From: an uncultured Candidatus Micrarchaeota archaeon
Lineage (GTDB): Archaea > Micrarchaeota > Micrarchaeia > Anstonellales > Bilamarchaeaceae
Assembly (NCBI GenBank): GCA_963714085.1
Contig: OY970229.1
Span: 416,001 to 480,000 of the forward strand
Length of the DNA stretch: 64,000 nt
Direction of reading: 5' to 3'
In this document: in pieces, positions 10,372-20,066 of the stretch
Layout: each line of letters begins with the position of its first letter
How positions within the stretch are numbered: the stretch's first letter is position 1
Notes under the pieces: generated by a model
Databases searched by the model: none
What the model was told of the DNA's origin: nothing
What the model saw: only the letters and a program-made list of their open reading frames with translations
Made by a program: the position numbers and the translations under genes

Positions 10372-11862
10372 ATGGCAAGCTCAGATTACAAGATAGAGAA
10401 GCTGGAGAAGGGCCCGCTCCAGCGCTTCAAGAACCAGAACCTGCTCCTCAAGAAATTCGGAGAGGTCGGCCTCCAGGTATACAAGGTCATAACCGGCAAG
10501 AGGACCGCTGCCGAACTGCGCAAGGACCTGGACATGGAGGACGCGAAGTTCAATGCCATACTCAAATACATGGAAGAAGCCGGGATGGTGAAGCTCGTCC
10601 CGCTCGGGGCGGAGGCCGGAGAGGAGGCGGCCCCTGAGGAAGCTCCTGAGGAGGAGGCGCCCAGTAAGCAGAAGGAGGAGCTCGCCCCGGAAGAGGAGAT
10701 AGCGCCGGAGGAGGAAGTTGAGGAAGCTCCGGCCAGGAAGAAGAAGCCTGCTCCCGAGGAGGAAGAGATCGCTCCCGAGATACAGCCGGAAGAGGAAGCC
10801 GAAGAAGCGCCGAAAAAGAAACCTGCTGTTGAAGAGGAGGAGATAGTCCCTGAGGAGATACAGCCCGAGGAAGTCCCTGAGGAAGCTCCGGCCAGGAAGA
10901 AGAAGCCTGCTCCCGAGGAGGAAGAGATCGCTCCCGAGATACAGCCGGAAGAGGAGGAAGCTCCGAAGAGGAAGCCGGCTGCGGAGGAGGCTCCGGAAGA
11001 AGCGCCTGCAGAGGAGGAGGGCGAGAAGGAGCTCGCTCCGGAAGAGATATCGTTCGGAGGGGAGGAGGCGCCTGAGAAAGCCGAGGAGGGCGAGGAGGAG
11101 AGCCCGGTCGAGAAGATAATACGCGACAAGTACGGCGACATCGGCGTACAGGTGTACACGCTCATAGACGGCCAACGGACAGCGGAGGAGATAATGGACG
11201 AGACGGGCCTGAGCGAGGCGAAGCTCGTGGAGATCCTGGATTTCCTGGACGAGCAGGGCATAATCAAGCTCGAGTACCCGAAGGGGAAGCCCGAGGCGAC
11301 CCCGGTTGCGGAGAAGACGAAGGAGGCCACCGAGGAGTTCGCGCCCATGATAGAGGGCGAGGAGGAGACGGAGAAGACTGCGGTGAAGGACACCTCGCCC
11401 GTCCTGCTCCCTGCCAAGTCCCAGGTGGCCATAACTAAATCCGTGCAGATGCGCGCCAAGACCATGCTGCGTTACGGGGACGCGGGGGACAAGATGCTCT
11501 CGGCCATAGACGGCAAGAAGGACGTCATAGACGTCGCGCTCCAGCTCAACCTGCCCCTGCCCAAGGTCATGGAGATGCTGAACTTCGCCAGGGACGAGGG
11601 GGGCATCAGCATCGTCCCGGTGGACAGGGCCGAGGTCCGCAAGAAGTACGGCGAGGACGGCTTCAGCATCTACAAGCGGTACGGCAAGGAGGGGCTCATG
11701 CTCTACGAGCTCATCGGAAAGGAGCTAACGATAAAGGAGATGGCCGAGCGCGTGACCACGGACAAGGCCAAAGTCGTGGACATGTTCCTGTTCATATACG
11801 AGGTGCTCGGCATAGAGATGCCCATAAACAAGGAGACGCTGATGAAGCAGCTGGGGCTCTGA
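10372..11862 (+). CDS. Multi winged-helix protein with acidic Glu/Pro-rich linker
   Basis: Four related (K/R)(F/Y)G..G...Y..IDG.RT..E units; E/P/A/K low-complexity linker; ATG at 10372. Confidence 0.8.
   Translation: MASSDYKIEKLEKGPLQRFKNQNLLLKKFGEVGLQVYKVITGKRTAAELRKDLDMEDAKFNAILKYMEEAGMVKLVPLGAEAGEEAAPEEAPEEEAPSKQKEELAPEEEIAPEEEVEEAPARKKKPAPEEEEIAPEIQPEEEAEEAPKKKPAVEEEEIVPEEIQPEEVPEEAPARKKKPAPEEEEIAPEIQPEEEEAPKRKPAAEEAPEEAPAEEEGEKELAPEEISFGGEEAPEKAEEGEEESPVEKIIRDKYGDIGVQVYTLIDGQRTAEEIMDETGLSEAKLVEILDFLDEQGIIKLEYPKGKPEATPVAEKTKEATEEFAPMIEGEEETEKTAVKDTSPVLLPAKSQVAITKSVQMRAKTMLRYGDAGDKMLSAIDGKKDVIDVALQLNLPLPKVMEMLNFARDEGGISIVPVDRAEVRKKYGEDGFSIYKRYGKEGLMLYELIGKELTIKEMAERVTTDKAKVVDMFLFIYEVLGIEMPINKETLMKQLGL
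10719..10955 (+). repeat. Exact 78-bp intragenic direct repeat (10719..10796 and 10878..10955)
   Basis: Encodes EEAPARKKKPAPEEEEIAPEIQPEE twice, 159 bp apart. Confidence 0.9.
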
Positions 11863-11909
11863 GTCCTGATTTTTCTAAACCTGAAATAAGCTCCCGGGAC
11901 GCCGGGGCA

Positions 11910-12575
11910 TCATTTGTGGTGTTGCCTCTCCTCGAGGGCCGCTGTCATCAGCGTTCTTATCGCAATGTCATCGGTATGGCTCTGCACGTATTCCAGGTTC
12001 TCGGTGCGCCTTTCCTGTTTCTCGAGTATCTTGGCCGCGCGGCGCCTTGCGTCAATGCTGCAGGTTGATTTTGCGGCGATATATGTGAGCGTGTTCAGAT
12101 GCTGTTCGTTCTCCAGCCTCTCCATGTTGTGCTCCAAGGATGTGTCCACCGCAGATGCTATGCGCGGCTCGGCATTCTTGGCCAGGAATAACAGTGTTGG
12201 CAGGTCGAAATCCCATATGGCGGTCGTGAGGTTGCTTTCAAGCGCCCTTTTTGCGCCTTCGTGCCCTCTTCGCACTGCCAGCTGAACGAGCATGGCCCTT
12301 GCTTCGTCCCGCTCGCCCGGGTCACGCCTCCCGAGACCTTTTATGGACTCGCCCACAAGGATGGACATTGCATCGACTGGCGCTTGCGTGGACGGGGTTC
12401 TGGGTTGTCTGGACCTGGCATCGGGCCGGTCCTGGCCCCCGATGCTTTGCGGGAATGCGCCCACGCGACGCAGCGCTTTTCTGATCCTGGACGCTACGTC
12501 AAGTAATCTGTCCGTCCTGCGCCTCCGCTGTGTAGGTGCCGCACTCAGTACTGCGAAATGCGCTAATTGATTCAT
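11910..12575 (-). CDS. Hypothetical protein (basic N-terminus, helical C-terminus)
   Basis: 221-aa ORF filling the gap, AT-rich promoter-like region upstream. Confidence 0.6.
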   Translation of the reverse strand: MNQLAHFAVLSAAPTQRRRRTDRLLDVASRIRKALRRVGAFPQSIGGQDRPDARSRQPRTPSTQAPVDAMSILVGESIKGLGRRDPGERDEARAMLVQLAVRRGHEGAKRALESNLTTAIWDFDLPTLLFLAKNAEPRIASAVDTSLEHNMERLENEQHLNTLTYIAAKSTCSIDARRRAAKILEKQERRTENLEYVQSHTDDIAIRTLMTAALEERQHHK

Positions 12576-12661
12576 CTGTTCGCCTTTAGTACTTTAAACA
12601 ATAAAAATTTTTAAATCTGTCGGAATGTGGGCTCTCCCGGTTTGGAAGCCCCGGAGCGCGG

Positions 12662-13057
12662 CTAATTCCTTATCCTTGAGAGGGATATCGCCTCGAGCCG
12701 CAGCGGATCGCCGCGCCTTTGGAGCGGTTTCCTGACCTCTTCCGCATCGAGCGCTTCCAGGATTTTTCGTTTGCCCTCCCCGAACGACACTACGAGCAGC
12801 TCGCCGCCCTTTGGGGCGCTTTTGGCGATTGCGCTCTTTATGTCCGTCTTGCCCGTGAGCCAGAGCAGGAACTCGTACTTGAATCGGTTGGCGATGCACG
12901 CCTTCCTTCCAGAGCACCTCCGCGCCAGATGCTGCGCGAGCTCAAGCTCCTCTATGGATTGCGCGCAGGATGGCGCGAGCGCCAATGCGCCCAGCGGGCC
13001 GGAGCGGGCGATGATATCGGCGGCGGGGAGCCTGCTCCGTGCGAATAGGGCCAGCAT
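12662..13057 (-). CDS. cgi121: KEOPS complex subunit Cgi121
   Basis: IANRFKYEFLLWLTGKTDIKSAI resembles the Cgi121 IA..L..E.LL...G..QI..AI motif; typical size. Confidence 0.72.
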   Translation of the reverse strand: MLALFARSRLPAADIIARSGPLGALALAPSCAQSIEELELAQHLARRCSGRKACIANRFKYEFLLWLTGKTDIKSAIAKSAPKGGELLVVSFGEGKRKILEALDAEEVRKPLQRRGDPLRLEAISLSRIRN

Positions 13058-13116
13058 ACATGCTTTAAAAACTGTCCCATTATAAAAACATTCTGCTATT
13101 TACGAGGTGCATATTT

Positions 13117-13497
13117 ATGGAACAGTATCACAAGCCATCGAACAAGAAGGTGAGCTCCGGGACCGGAGGCAGGAGACGCGCGTTCAACGACAAGCGGCGC
13201 TGCCAAGTGGGCGGCGTGTTCACGGCGACCAAGGTCGGTAACGTGGACCTGTGCAGGACCAGAAGGACCAGGGGAGGGGACAGCTCGCTCAAGCTCAAGA
13301 AGGCGCTCACCATAAACGTCGTCACCAAGACCGGGTCGAAGAAGGGGAAGATCACGAAAGTGCTCGAGAGCCACAACCCGGAGCACGTGCGCATGAACAT
13401 AATCACGAAGGGCACGGTCGTCGAGACCGACCTCGGCAAGGTGAAGGTCACCAACCGCGTGGGCCAGGACGGCATCGTGAACGGAGTGCTAATCTGA
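13117..13497 (+). CDS. rps8e: 30S ribosomal protein S8e
   Basis: GTGGRRR, RTRGG, RMNIITKGTVVETDLGKVKVTNRVGQDGIVNGVL. Confidence 0.97.
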   Translation: MEQYHKPSNKKVSSGTGGRRRAFNDKRRCQVGGVFTATKVGNVDLCRTRRTRGGDSSLKLKKALTINVVTKTGSKKGKITKVLESHNPEHVRMNIITKGTVVETDLGKVKVTNRVGQDGIVNGVLI

Positions 13498-13522
13498 TTT
13501 TTTCACTTTTCCTGGAAAAAAA

Positions 13523-13885
13523 TTACTCGGGAGTTTGTGCGGCGGCTGAGCAGATAGACAGGACTATCGCACTCACTTCGCTTGGCTCGGGCATGCTGCC
13601 TTCCACGACCAAGTCCACTTTTTTGTCCCCGCTTTTGAGCCTGCGTCCGAACGTGAATTGACATTCAGAGCATCTGTCGCCAGGGCCCAGTTCCGGGCGT
13701 ACGAGGCCGTTTATCTTTGCGACCAGCTCCTCCGCGTTTACGGCATCGACATTGGTCTGCCTGACGCCGCTGATACCCTCGGTCTCGACGCTCGCCACGA
13801 AGCGATGACCCCTGCCTGGTTGAAGCGTTCTTGTGGCATCTCGCCCGTTCATGGGCTCCTTAAACGCGCTTATGTGGACTCTCAT
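13523..13885 (-). CDS. Hypothetical protein
   Basis: 120-aa ORF with GGTGA RBS and AT-rich upstream region. Confidence 0.55.
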   Translation of the reverse strand: MRVHISAFKEPMNGRDATRTLQPGRGHRFVASVETEGISGVRQTNVDAVNAEELVAKINGLVRPELGPGDRCSECQFTFGRRLKSGDKKVDLVVEGSMPEPSEVSAIVLSICSAAAQTPE

Positions 13886-13948
13886 CTCACCGCCTCAGCA
13901 TTGTGTTTCTTATTTTATTATAATGGAGAAGGTTTTTAGTCCTGAGCA

Positions 13949-14599
13949 TCAAATCTTTTCCCCGAAGCGCATTATCCGCCTCATTATGAGGAAGCCGTCG
14001 AACCACGCGAGCGGCAGCCACAGGGGCGGGCCGAGCATCGCGACCGCATAGTGCCAGTTGCCCGAGAGGATGTTGATAGTCTCCATGGCGGTGGCGAGCG
14101 CCCCTGCGCAGATTCCAGCCGCGAGCTCCTCTTTCTTCAGATACCCCATCAAGAAGAAGCCGACAGTGACGACCACGAATCCGAGCAGCGTGAGCAGCTC
14201 ATTCGCGAAGACGAACCTGAGCAGCAACGTGCCCGCGAGAGCCGCGGTCAGCGCCTTCCAAGAGAAGCGCAGCCCCTCGGCCCCTGGAAACGCCTCGTCG
14301 AAAAGCAGGGCTGCCATGCCCCAGCCGACCGGAGCCCAGAGCGGGGCGGGAAGGTAGTGCGCATTGGAGTACGTCCATATGCCGAACGCCACCGCGATGT
14401 TCTCGCACGCGCCGCCCACAAGCGTGGCCAGGACGAAGCGCCTGACCTTCGCCCATCTCCCGTATGCGAGGTGTATGGCGCTGAATCCCAGCATCACCGC
14501 GAAGAGCAGCAGCTCGTTCCTGTAAAGCAGCGCCAGGAGGAACGTGCCGATTGCGAAGAATGCGAGCGCCACCGCGGGGCTGACCGTGCGATCCTCCAT
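13949..14599 (-). CDS. Integral membrane protein with internal duplication (DUF2878-like)
   Basis: Two hydrophobic halves each with E...G.W.Y...PLW.P..W. Confidence 0.7.
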   Translation of the reverse strand: MEDRTVSPAVALAFFAIGTFLLALLYRNELLLFAVMLGFSAIHLAYGRWAKVRRFVLATLVGGACENIAVAFGIWTYSNAHYLPAPLWAPVGWGMAALLFDEAFPGAEGLRFSWKALTAALAGTLLLRFVFANELLTLLGFVVVTVGFFLMGYLKKEELAAGICAGALATAMETINILSGNWHYAVAMLGPPLWLPLAWFDGFLIMRRIMRFGEKI

Positions 14600-14603
14600 G
14601 CCA

Positions 14604-16787
14604 TCAGCACAGGCGGCCCTGCTTCACGTTCCGCGTCCTGAGCTCCTCGCTCTGCGTCGCGAGCGGCTTGCCCTCGCAGACCGCGGCGAAATCATTCACG
14701 TCCATTTTTATGCTCCTGAAATCCTTTATGTCGATCTCGGCTTTAGGCGCGCTTTTGGCGCCTTTTAGCGAGACCTTGTCCCCGACCTTGCTCTTCTCCA
14801 GGAAGAGGGCTTCCACCACGCCCTGCTCCATGGCCGACTTGCCCTCCTTTGGCGGGGCGGATTCGCGGCCTTCAGCGGCCAGGAGCATGCCCTGGGATTC
14901 CACGCCGCGGAGCTTGGCTGGTTTGAGGTTCTTTACTATCACGACTTTTTTGCCCACCAGCTCCTCGGGCAGATAATAGCCGACGAGCCCGGAGACTATC
15001 TGGCGCTCGCCATCTCCGAGCCTTACTTTCTCTATGAAAAGCTTCTCGGCTTCCGGATGCTTCACTACGCTGACTATCTCCCCGACCTCCAGGTCCAGGT
15101 CAGCGAACGAGGCTGTTACAGGCGCCTTGCCAGTGAACCTCTGCTTCAGCTCTTGGATCTGCTTGTCCTCCAGCTTCCTGAAGAGTATCTCCGGCTTGCC
15201 GATGTGATGGCCGGATTCCAATGTCGGCTTGCCGAGGTCTTCCCATTTCCTGGGTTCTATGGCCAATTGCCTGAAGATGCTCGCGCTCGTCACCGGCAGG
15301 TAGGGCCCGCAGAGTATCGCCAGGTCCTTCACCTGGTGCAGGAGCACGTTCATCACCGTTGCGGCTCTGGTTTTGTCGGTTTTCACCAGCTCCCAGGGCT
15401 TGCTGTCCTGGAAGTATTTGTTCGAGTTCTTCGCGAAATGCATGACCTGGTGCAGCGCGTCCTTGAGCTTCACGGATTCCAGCAGCGCCGTGGCTTCTGC
15501 GATGACCTTCTTCTGCTCGTTGAGGAACTCCTCGTCTTTTTCATCCGGCTTGGCGCCCGGGACCGCACCCTCGAAATTGTTTTGCACGAAGACCAGCGTC
15601 CGGTTCACCAGATTCCCGAGGTTCGCGAGAAGTTCCGCGTTGTTCTTGTCGCGGAAGTCCTCCCAAGTGAAATCGGAATCAGAGCCCTCCGGCCTGTTGG
15701 TGAGCAGGTAATACCTCCAAACGTCCGATGGGACTCCGGAGGACATGGCATCGTCGCCGAACACCCCGACATGCCTTGATTTGGAGAATTTTCCTCCCTC
15801 GTAGTTGAGGAACTCCGTGGTGCTAAGGTGGTGGACCAGCGTCCATGGCTTGCCGGTGCCCAGAAGCGTGGAAGGGAAGATGACCGCGTGGAAGGGCACG
15901 TTGTCCTTGCCTATGAAATTGTAGAGCTTCACGTTTGCAGGGTCCATCCACCAGTCCTTCCACTTCTCCGTGAGGTTCGCGGTTATGGACACATACCCTA
16001 TCGGGGCCTCAAACCAAACATAAAATACCTTTTTCTCCCACCCTTTAAGCGGAACAGGAACTCCCCATTTAAGGTCCCTGGTTATCGCCCGCCTCTTTAG
16101 CCCCTCGTGGAGCCACGCCTCGGCGATGCGCTTCGTGTTCTCGCTCCACTCGCCCTTCTTGTATGATTCGCGAAGCCACTCTGAAAGCTTTCCTTCTATT
16201 TTCGGCAAATCTATGAACAGGTGCTTCGTCTTCCTGACTACCGGCCGCGTCTTGCTGACCTTGCTCACCGGATTGATGAGTTCGACCGGGCGGAGGAGCT
16301 TGCCGCACTTGTCGCACTGATCCCCGCGCGCGCCCGCATACGAGCAGAACGGGCAGGTGCCTTCTATGTAACGGTCAGCGAGGAACATGCCCGCCTTCTC
16401 GTCGTAGAGCTGCTCCGTCTCTTCCTCCACGATGTACCCGTTTTGGTATAAATCTTGGAATATCGCCTGCGTTATCTCGGTGTGCTTGGGTGTGGAGGTC
16501 CTGCCGAATGTGTCGAAGGCGATGCCGAACCACTCGTATATGCCCTTGTGGATTGCATAATATTTGTCGCATATCTCTTTCGGGCTCACGCCCTCCTCCA
16601 GCGCCTTTATCTCGGTCGCGGTGCCATATTCGTCCGTGCCTCCGATGTGCATGCACTGGTAGCCCTGGGACCTGCAATAGCGCGTGAAGACGTCCGCCGA
16701 GAGCACGCATCCGATTATGTTCCCAAGATGCGGGATGTTGTTCACATAGGGAAGCGCTGAGGTTATGAGTATCTTCTTGCCTACCAT
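14604..16787 (-). CDS. metG: Methionine--tRNA ligase with C-terminal tRNA-binding domain
   Basis: TSALPYVN, HLGN, Zn-knuckle cysteines, KFSKS, C-terminal NLKPAKLRGVESQGMLLAA. Confidence 0.98.
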   Translation of the reverse strand: MVGKKILITSALPYVNNIPHLGNIIGCVLSADVFTRYCRSQGYQCMHIGGTDEYGTATEIKALEEGVSPKEICDKYYAIHKGIYEWFGIAFDTFGRTSTPKHTEITQAIFQDLYQNGYIVEEETEQLYDEKAGMFLADRYIEGTCPFCSYAGARGDQCDKCGKLLRPVELINPVSKVSKTRPVVRKTKHLFIDLPKIEGKLSEWLRESYKKGEWSENTKRIAEAWLHEGLKRRAITRDLKWGVPVPLKGWEKKVFYVWFEAPIGYVSITANLTEKWKDWWMDPANVKLYNFIGKDNVPFHAVIFPSTLLGTGKPWTLVHHLSTTEFLNYEGGKFSKSRHVGVFGDDAMSSGVPSDVWRYYLLTNRPEGSDSDFTWEDFRDKNNAELLANLGNLVNRTLVFVQNNFEGAVPGAKPDEKDEEFLNEQKKVIAEATALLESVKLKDALHQVMHFAKNSNKYFQDSKPWELVKTDKTRAATVMNVLLHQVKDLAILCGPYLPVTSASIFRQLAIEPRKWEDLGKPTLESGHHIGKPEILFRKLEDKQIQELKQRFTGKAPVTASFADLDLEVGEIVSVVKHPEAEKLFIEKVRLGDGERQIVSGLVGYYLPEELVGKKVVIVKNLKPAKLRGVESQGMLLAAEGRESAPPKEGKSAMEQGVVEALFLEKSKVGDKVSLKGAKSAPKAEIDIKDFRSIKMDVNDFAAVCEGKPLATQSEELRTRNVKQGRLC

Positions 16788-16866
16788 GATGAGTTCACCG
16801 AAAATTATTAAGCTCGGGAAAAGTTAAAAAGAGAAGTACTCGGACGAGAAAAAAATAAAGCGCGGC

Positions 16867-17133
16867 TCAGTTCCGCAAGCCTTCCCGCCCGCCGCTTTTC
16901 GCCGCTGTGGCGAATTGCAGGTATACGTCGCGTTCCTTTCTTCTCCCAGGGCCCAGCTCCTCTACGGTCCATGGCCGGTTCAACTTTGCTATCGCGACAT
17001 GGCGGGGGTTCAGGATTTCTTTGGGGGTTTCTTTGGTTCTGCGCCGGCGCTTCGTTTTTGGCTCGGGCGGTCGTCTTTCCGGATGCGCGCTGTTCAGTCT
17101 GTGCAGTGTCCTGAGGTCCCATACCATCATCAT
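16867..17133 (-). CDS. Small basic hypothetical protein
   Basis: About 88-aa R/K-rich ORF preceded by GGTGA and a TTTAAA box; start uncertain. Confidence 0.4.
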   Translation of the reverse strand: MMMVWDLRTLHRLNSAHPERRPPEPKTKRRRRTKETPKEILNPRHVAIAKLNRPWTVEELGPGRRKERDVYLQFATAAKSGGREGLRN

Positions 17134-17170
17134 CACCTGATAATGCTTTAAAATATTCCCATATTTATAT

Positions 17171-17200
17171 TATCCTGAAAAGAATATTCCTTTAGGAATA
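17171..17200 (+). promoter_or_regulatory. Putative palindromic operator(s) of the HTH-CBS regulator
   Basis: Perfect TATTCCT-tt-AGGAATA at 17185..17200 and a degenerate copy at 17171..17186, between a TTTATA box and the start codon. Confidence 0.6.
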
Positions 17201-17209
17201 GGTGATACT

Positions 17210-17779
17210 TTGGAAAACATAAACGCAGACCTGGCGCGCATCGGGAAACTGAGGAGGCAGCTCGGCCTCACGCAGAAGCAGCTGGCCACGCTGGCAGGAG
17301 TGAGCCAGTCATTGATAGCGAAGATAGAGTCGTCCAAGATAGACCCTGCTTATTCCAAGGTCGTGCAGATAACGTCCGTCCTGGAGCAGGAGCGTGGCCG
17401 TAAGGAGACCAGGAAGAGGGCGTCCGACATAATGACCGCCGGCCTGGCATCCGTGTCGCCGAAGGATGATCTGGGCAAGGCCATGGGCCTGATGAAGAGG
17501 ATGAACATATCCCAGCTGCCGGTCTTCGAAGGCCAGGCCTGCGTCGGAAGCCTCTCTGACGGCATGATCATGGAGTGGATGGAGAGGTACGGGGATAAAC
17601 TCGCGCACGTGAAGGCTGTCGATGCCATGGGCGAGGCGTTCCCTTCCATACCTGCGGATTCCGAGCTCGAGGTCGTGACAGGCCTGCTCAAGTTCTACAA
17701 GGCCGTGCTCGTCAAAAAGAAAGGCAGAGTCGCAGGGATAATCACCAAGGCCGACCTCATGAAGGCGATCGAGAGATGA
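17210..17779 (+). CDS. XRE-type HTH transcriptional regulator with C-terminal CBS pair
   Basis: LRRQLGLTQKQLATLAGVSQSLIAKIE HTH; ISQLPV and GIITKADL CBS motifs. Confidence 0.93.
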   Translation: MENINADLARIGKLRRQLGLTQKQLATLAGVSQSLIAKIESSKIDPAYSKVVQITSVLEQERGRKETRKRASDIMTAGLASVSPKDDLGKAMGLMKRMNISQLPVFEGQACVGSLSDGMIMEWMERYGDKLAHVKAVDAMGEAFPSIPADSELEVVTGLLKFYKAVLVKKKGRVAGIITKADLMKAIER

Positions 17780-18978
17780 GCGAGAATCTCGCGTTCCGCT
17801 CCAAGACTCCGGGCATCGGAGGAACCATCAAGTCCTGCCCAGAGGATTTCATAGTGGAGGAAATAGAGCAGGACGGTACGGTGTTCGGCATCGATAAAAG
17901 GATAGAACGGACAGATGAGAACGGGAGGTTCGTGCACTTCGTACTGCAGAAAAGGAACTGGACCACCATGATGGCTGCCAAGGAGGCCGCGAGAAGGCTG
18001 CATTCGAGCCCGAAGAGGATCAGCTTCGCGGGCTCCAAGGACAAGTGCGCGATAACGACCCAGCTCATGTCGGCCGAGGGAGTAGACAAAACAGCGGTCT
18101 TGAATCTCGATATCAGAGATATAAGCATAAACGGCGCCTGGAGCGCCAAGGACAGGGTCAAGCTCGGAGGTCTTACGGGGAACCGCTTCACGATAAAGGT
18201 GAACGGCGCGCAAGTGGATGCCGGGGAGAAGGTGACGAGGATACGCTCCGAACTGGAAACCGGGTTCCCGAATTATTTCGGCGAGCAGAGGTTCGGGACC
18301 ACGGCGAACAACACGCACATCATCGGAGAAGCGCTGGTGCGCGGGAACCTTGAGGACGGGGCCATGGCATTCCTCTGCGGAAAGGGCATGGAGACCAACG
18401 CTGAAGCGAGGCTGGCCAGGGAGGAGCTGCTTGCGAGCAATGATTTCGACTCCGCGCTCAAGACGTTCCCCAAGCACCTGCGGCTCGAGCGCGCGATGCT
18501 CGCGCATCTTGCGGAGAGGCCGGACGACTTCATCGGGGCGTTCCGGGCCCTTCCAAGGCAGACGCTGCTGCTGTTCGTGCACGCGTTCCAGTCGCACATC
18601 TTCAACCGCCTGCTCTCCGACCGCATACGCGAGAACGGGGTGGAGATGGAGGAGGGCGAGTATCTCTGCAATGCGGATGCCCTCGGTTTCCCGGACATTG
18701 AAAAGATGGACGTGGACGGCTGGCTCTGCGTGAAGATAATCGGCTACAATTCGAACCTCAACGAAAGGGAGAAGGAGCTGCTCGATTCGCTCAGGATGTC
18801 CAAAGAGGATTTCAGAGTGAAAAGCATTCCGGAGATAGGCTCGAAGGGAACGTTCAGGACCGCGTTCGCACCGCTCCGGGATTTCTCCTTCGATGCGGAC
18901 ACGTTCCGCTTCTCGCTGCAGTCCGGCTCGTACGCCACATCAGCTTTAAGAGAATTCATTACGGTTGATAAGACATGA
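17776..18978 (+). CDS. truD: tRNA pseudouridine(13) synthase TruD
   Basis: EDFIVEE, AGSKDKCAITTQ, GNRF, PNYFGEQRFG, GSYAT. Confidence 0.96.
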   Translation: MSENLAFRSKTPGIGGTIKSCPEDFIVEEIEQDGTVFGIDKRIERTDENGRFVHFVLQKRNWTTMMAAKEAARRLHSSPKRISFAGSKDKCAITTQLMSAEGVDKTAVLNLDIRDISINGAWSAKDRVKLGGLTGNRFTIKVNGAQVDAGEKVTRIRSELETGFPNYFGEQRFGTTANNTHIIGEALVRGNLEDGAMAFLCGKGMETNAEARLAREELLASNDFDSALKTFPKHLRLERAMLAHLAERPDDFIGAFRALPRQTLLLFVHAFQSHIFNRLLSDRIRENGVEMEEGEYLCNADALGFPDIEKMDVDGWLCVKIIGYNSNLNEREKELLDSLRMSKEDFRVKSIPEIGSKGTFRTAFAPLRDFSFDADTFRFSLQSGSYATSALREFITVDKT

Positions 18979-20066
18979 TGGAAGAGGAAGGAATATCGTT
19001 CAATGCGCCCGAGGGCGTTTTCTACAACCCCAGGATGAGGTTCTGCCGCTCGTTCGCGTCGCTCGCGGTCGGGGCGCTTCCCGAGAAGGAGCTCGTGGCC
19101 TGCGACGCGTTCTGCGCGTCCGGGATAAGGGGGATACGCTACGCGAAGGAGAACAAGAACATATCCAGGACGATATTCGTGGACATAGGAAAAAGGGAGT
19201 TCCTGGCCGCGAAGGCAAACGCGAAGAAAGCGAAAATAAAATACGAGGCGCTGCATGGGAACGTCTCGCGGCTGGTCTTCGACATCTGCGCGGACTTCCT
19301 GGAGATAGACCCGTTCGGCTCCCCGGCTCCTTATCTATACGACTCTTTCCGCGCCTTCAACCCGCTCAAGCGCGCGTACCTCTCGGTCACGGCGACGGAC
19401 GTCGCGGTCCTCTGCGGCGGGAAGACGAAAGCGTGCCTGAAGAATTACCACAGCGTCCCGCTCAACAACGAGTTCACGCACGAGACCGGCATGCGCATCA
19501 TGATAAAGAAGATCGCGGAGACCGCCGCGGAGTTCAACATGGGCATCGAGCCGCTGGTCTCGCTTTCGAAGGAACACTACCTCAAGACGATAGTCAAGGT
19601 GACGCGCGGGGCCGACCTTGCGCACGAATCGCTCATGAAGCTCGGCTACATCAATTTCTGCCCGGCCTGCGGATGGAGGGGGAGCTCGCAGTTCCCGGAG
19701 AAACGCTGCCCGTCCTGCGCCCCAAAAAGCCTCGCGTTGCGGTTCGCCGGGCCGCTCTGGCTCGGGGAGCTCCATGAGAAGAAGACGCTCTCGCGCATGG
19801 GAGTGCTGAACCGGAAAAGAGGGTACTCGGACAGGGACGAGCTGGAGAAGACGATCTCGAGGATGATCGGTGAGGTCGGCATGCCCCCGTTCTATTACGA
19901 CGTGCACCAGATGTGCAGGCTGCTCGGGAGGGGGAGCGTGCCGAAGATGGACGCCGTGCTCGAAGGGCTGCACAAGAAGGGGAACAGGGCGGTGAGGACG
20001 CATTTCTCCGAGACCGCGATAAAGACCGACGCTGCGCTCAAGGCCGTGAAATCGGTGATCTCATGA
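18975..20066 (+). CDS. trm1: tRNA (guanine-26-N2)-dimethyltransferase Trm1
   Basis: VFYNPRM, ASGIRGIRY, IDPFGSP, VTATD, GPLWLGELH, RTHF, IKTDA. Confidence 0.96.
   Translation: MMEEEGISFNAPEGVFYNPRMRFCRSFASLAVGALPEKELVACDAFCASGIRGIRYAKENKNISRTIFVDIGKREFLAAKANAKKAKIKYEALHGNVSRLVFDICADFLEIDPFGSPAPYLYDSFRAFNPLKRAYLSVTATDVAVLCGGKTKACLKNYHSVPLNNEFTHETGMRIMIKKIAETAAEFNMGIEPLVSLSKEHYLKTIVKVTRGADLAHESLMKLGYINFCPACGWRGSSQFPEKRCPSCAPKSLALRFAGPLWLGELHEKKTLSRMGVLNRKRGYSDRDELEKTISRMIGEVGMPPFYYDVHQMCRLLGRGSVPKMDAVLEGLHKKGNRAVRTHFSETAIKTDAALKAVKSVIS

Noticed and set aside
16000..16025. MetRS WFEAPIGY instead of the common WFDAPIGY
   Set aside because: Single conservative change; all other motifs intact.
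19913..20062. Longer start for the PP2C gene
   Set aside because: Overlaps trm1; the ATGA overlap at 20063 gives a better start.
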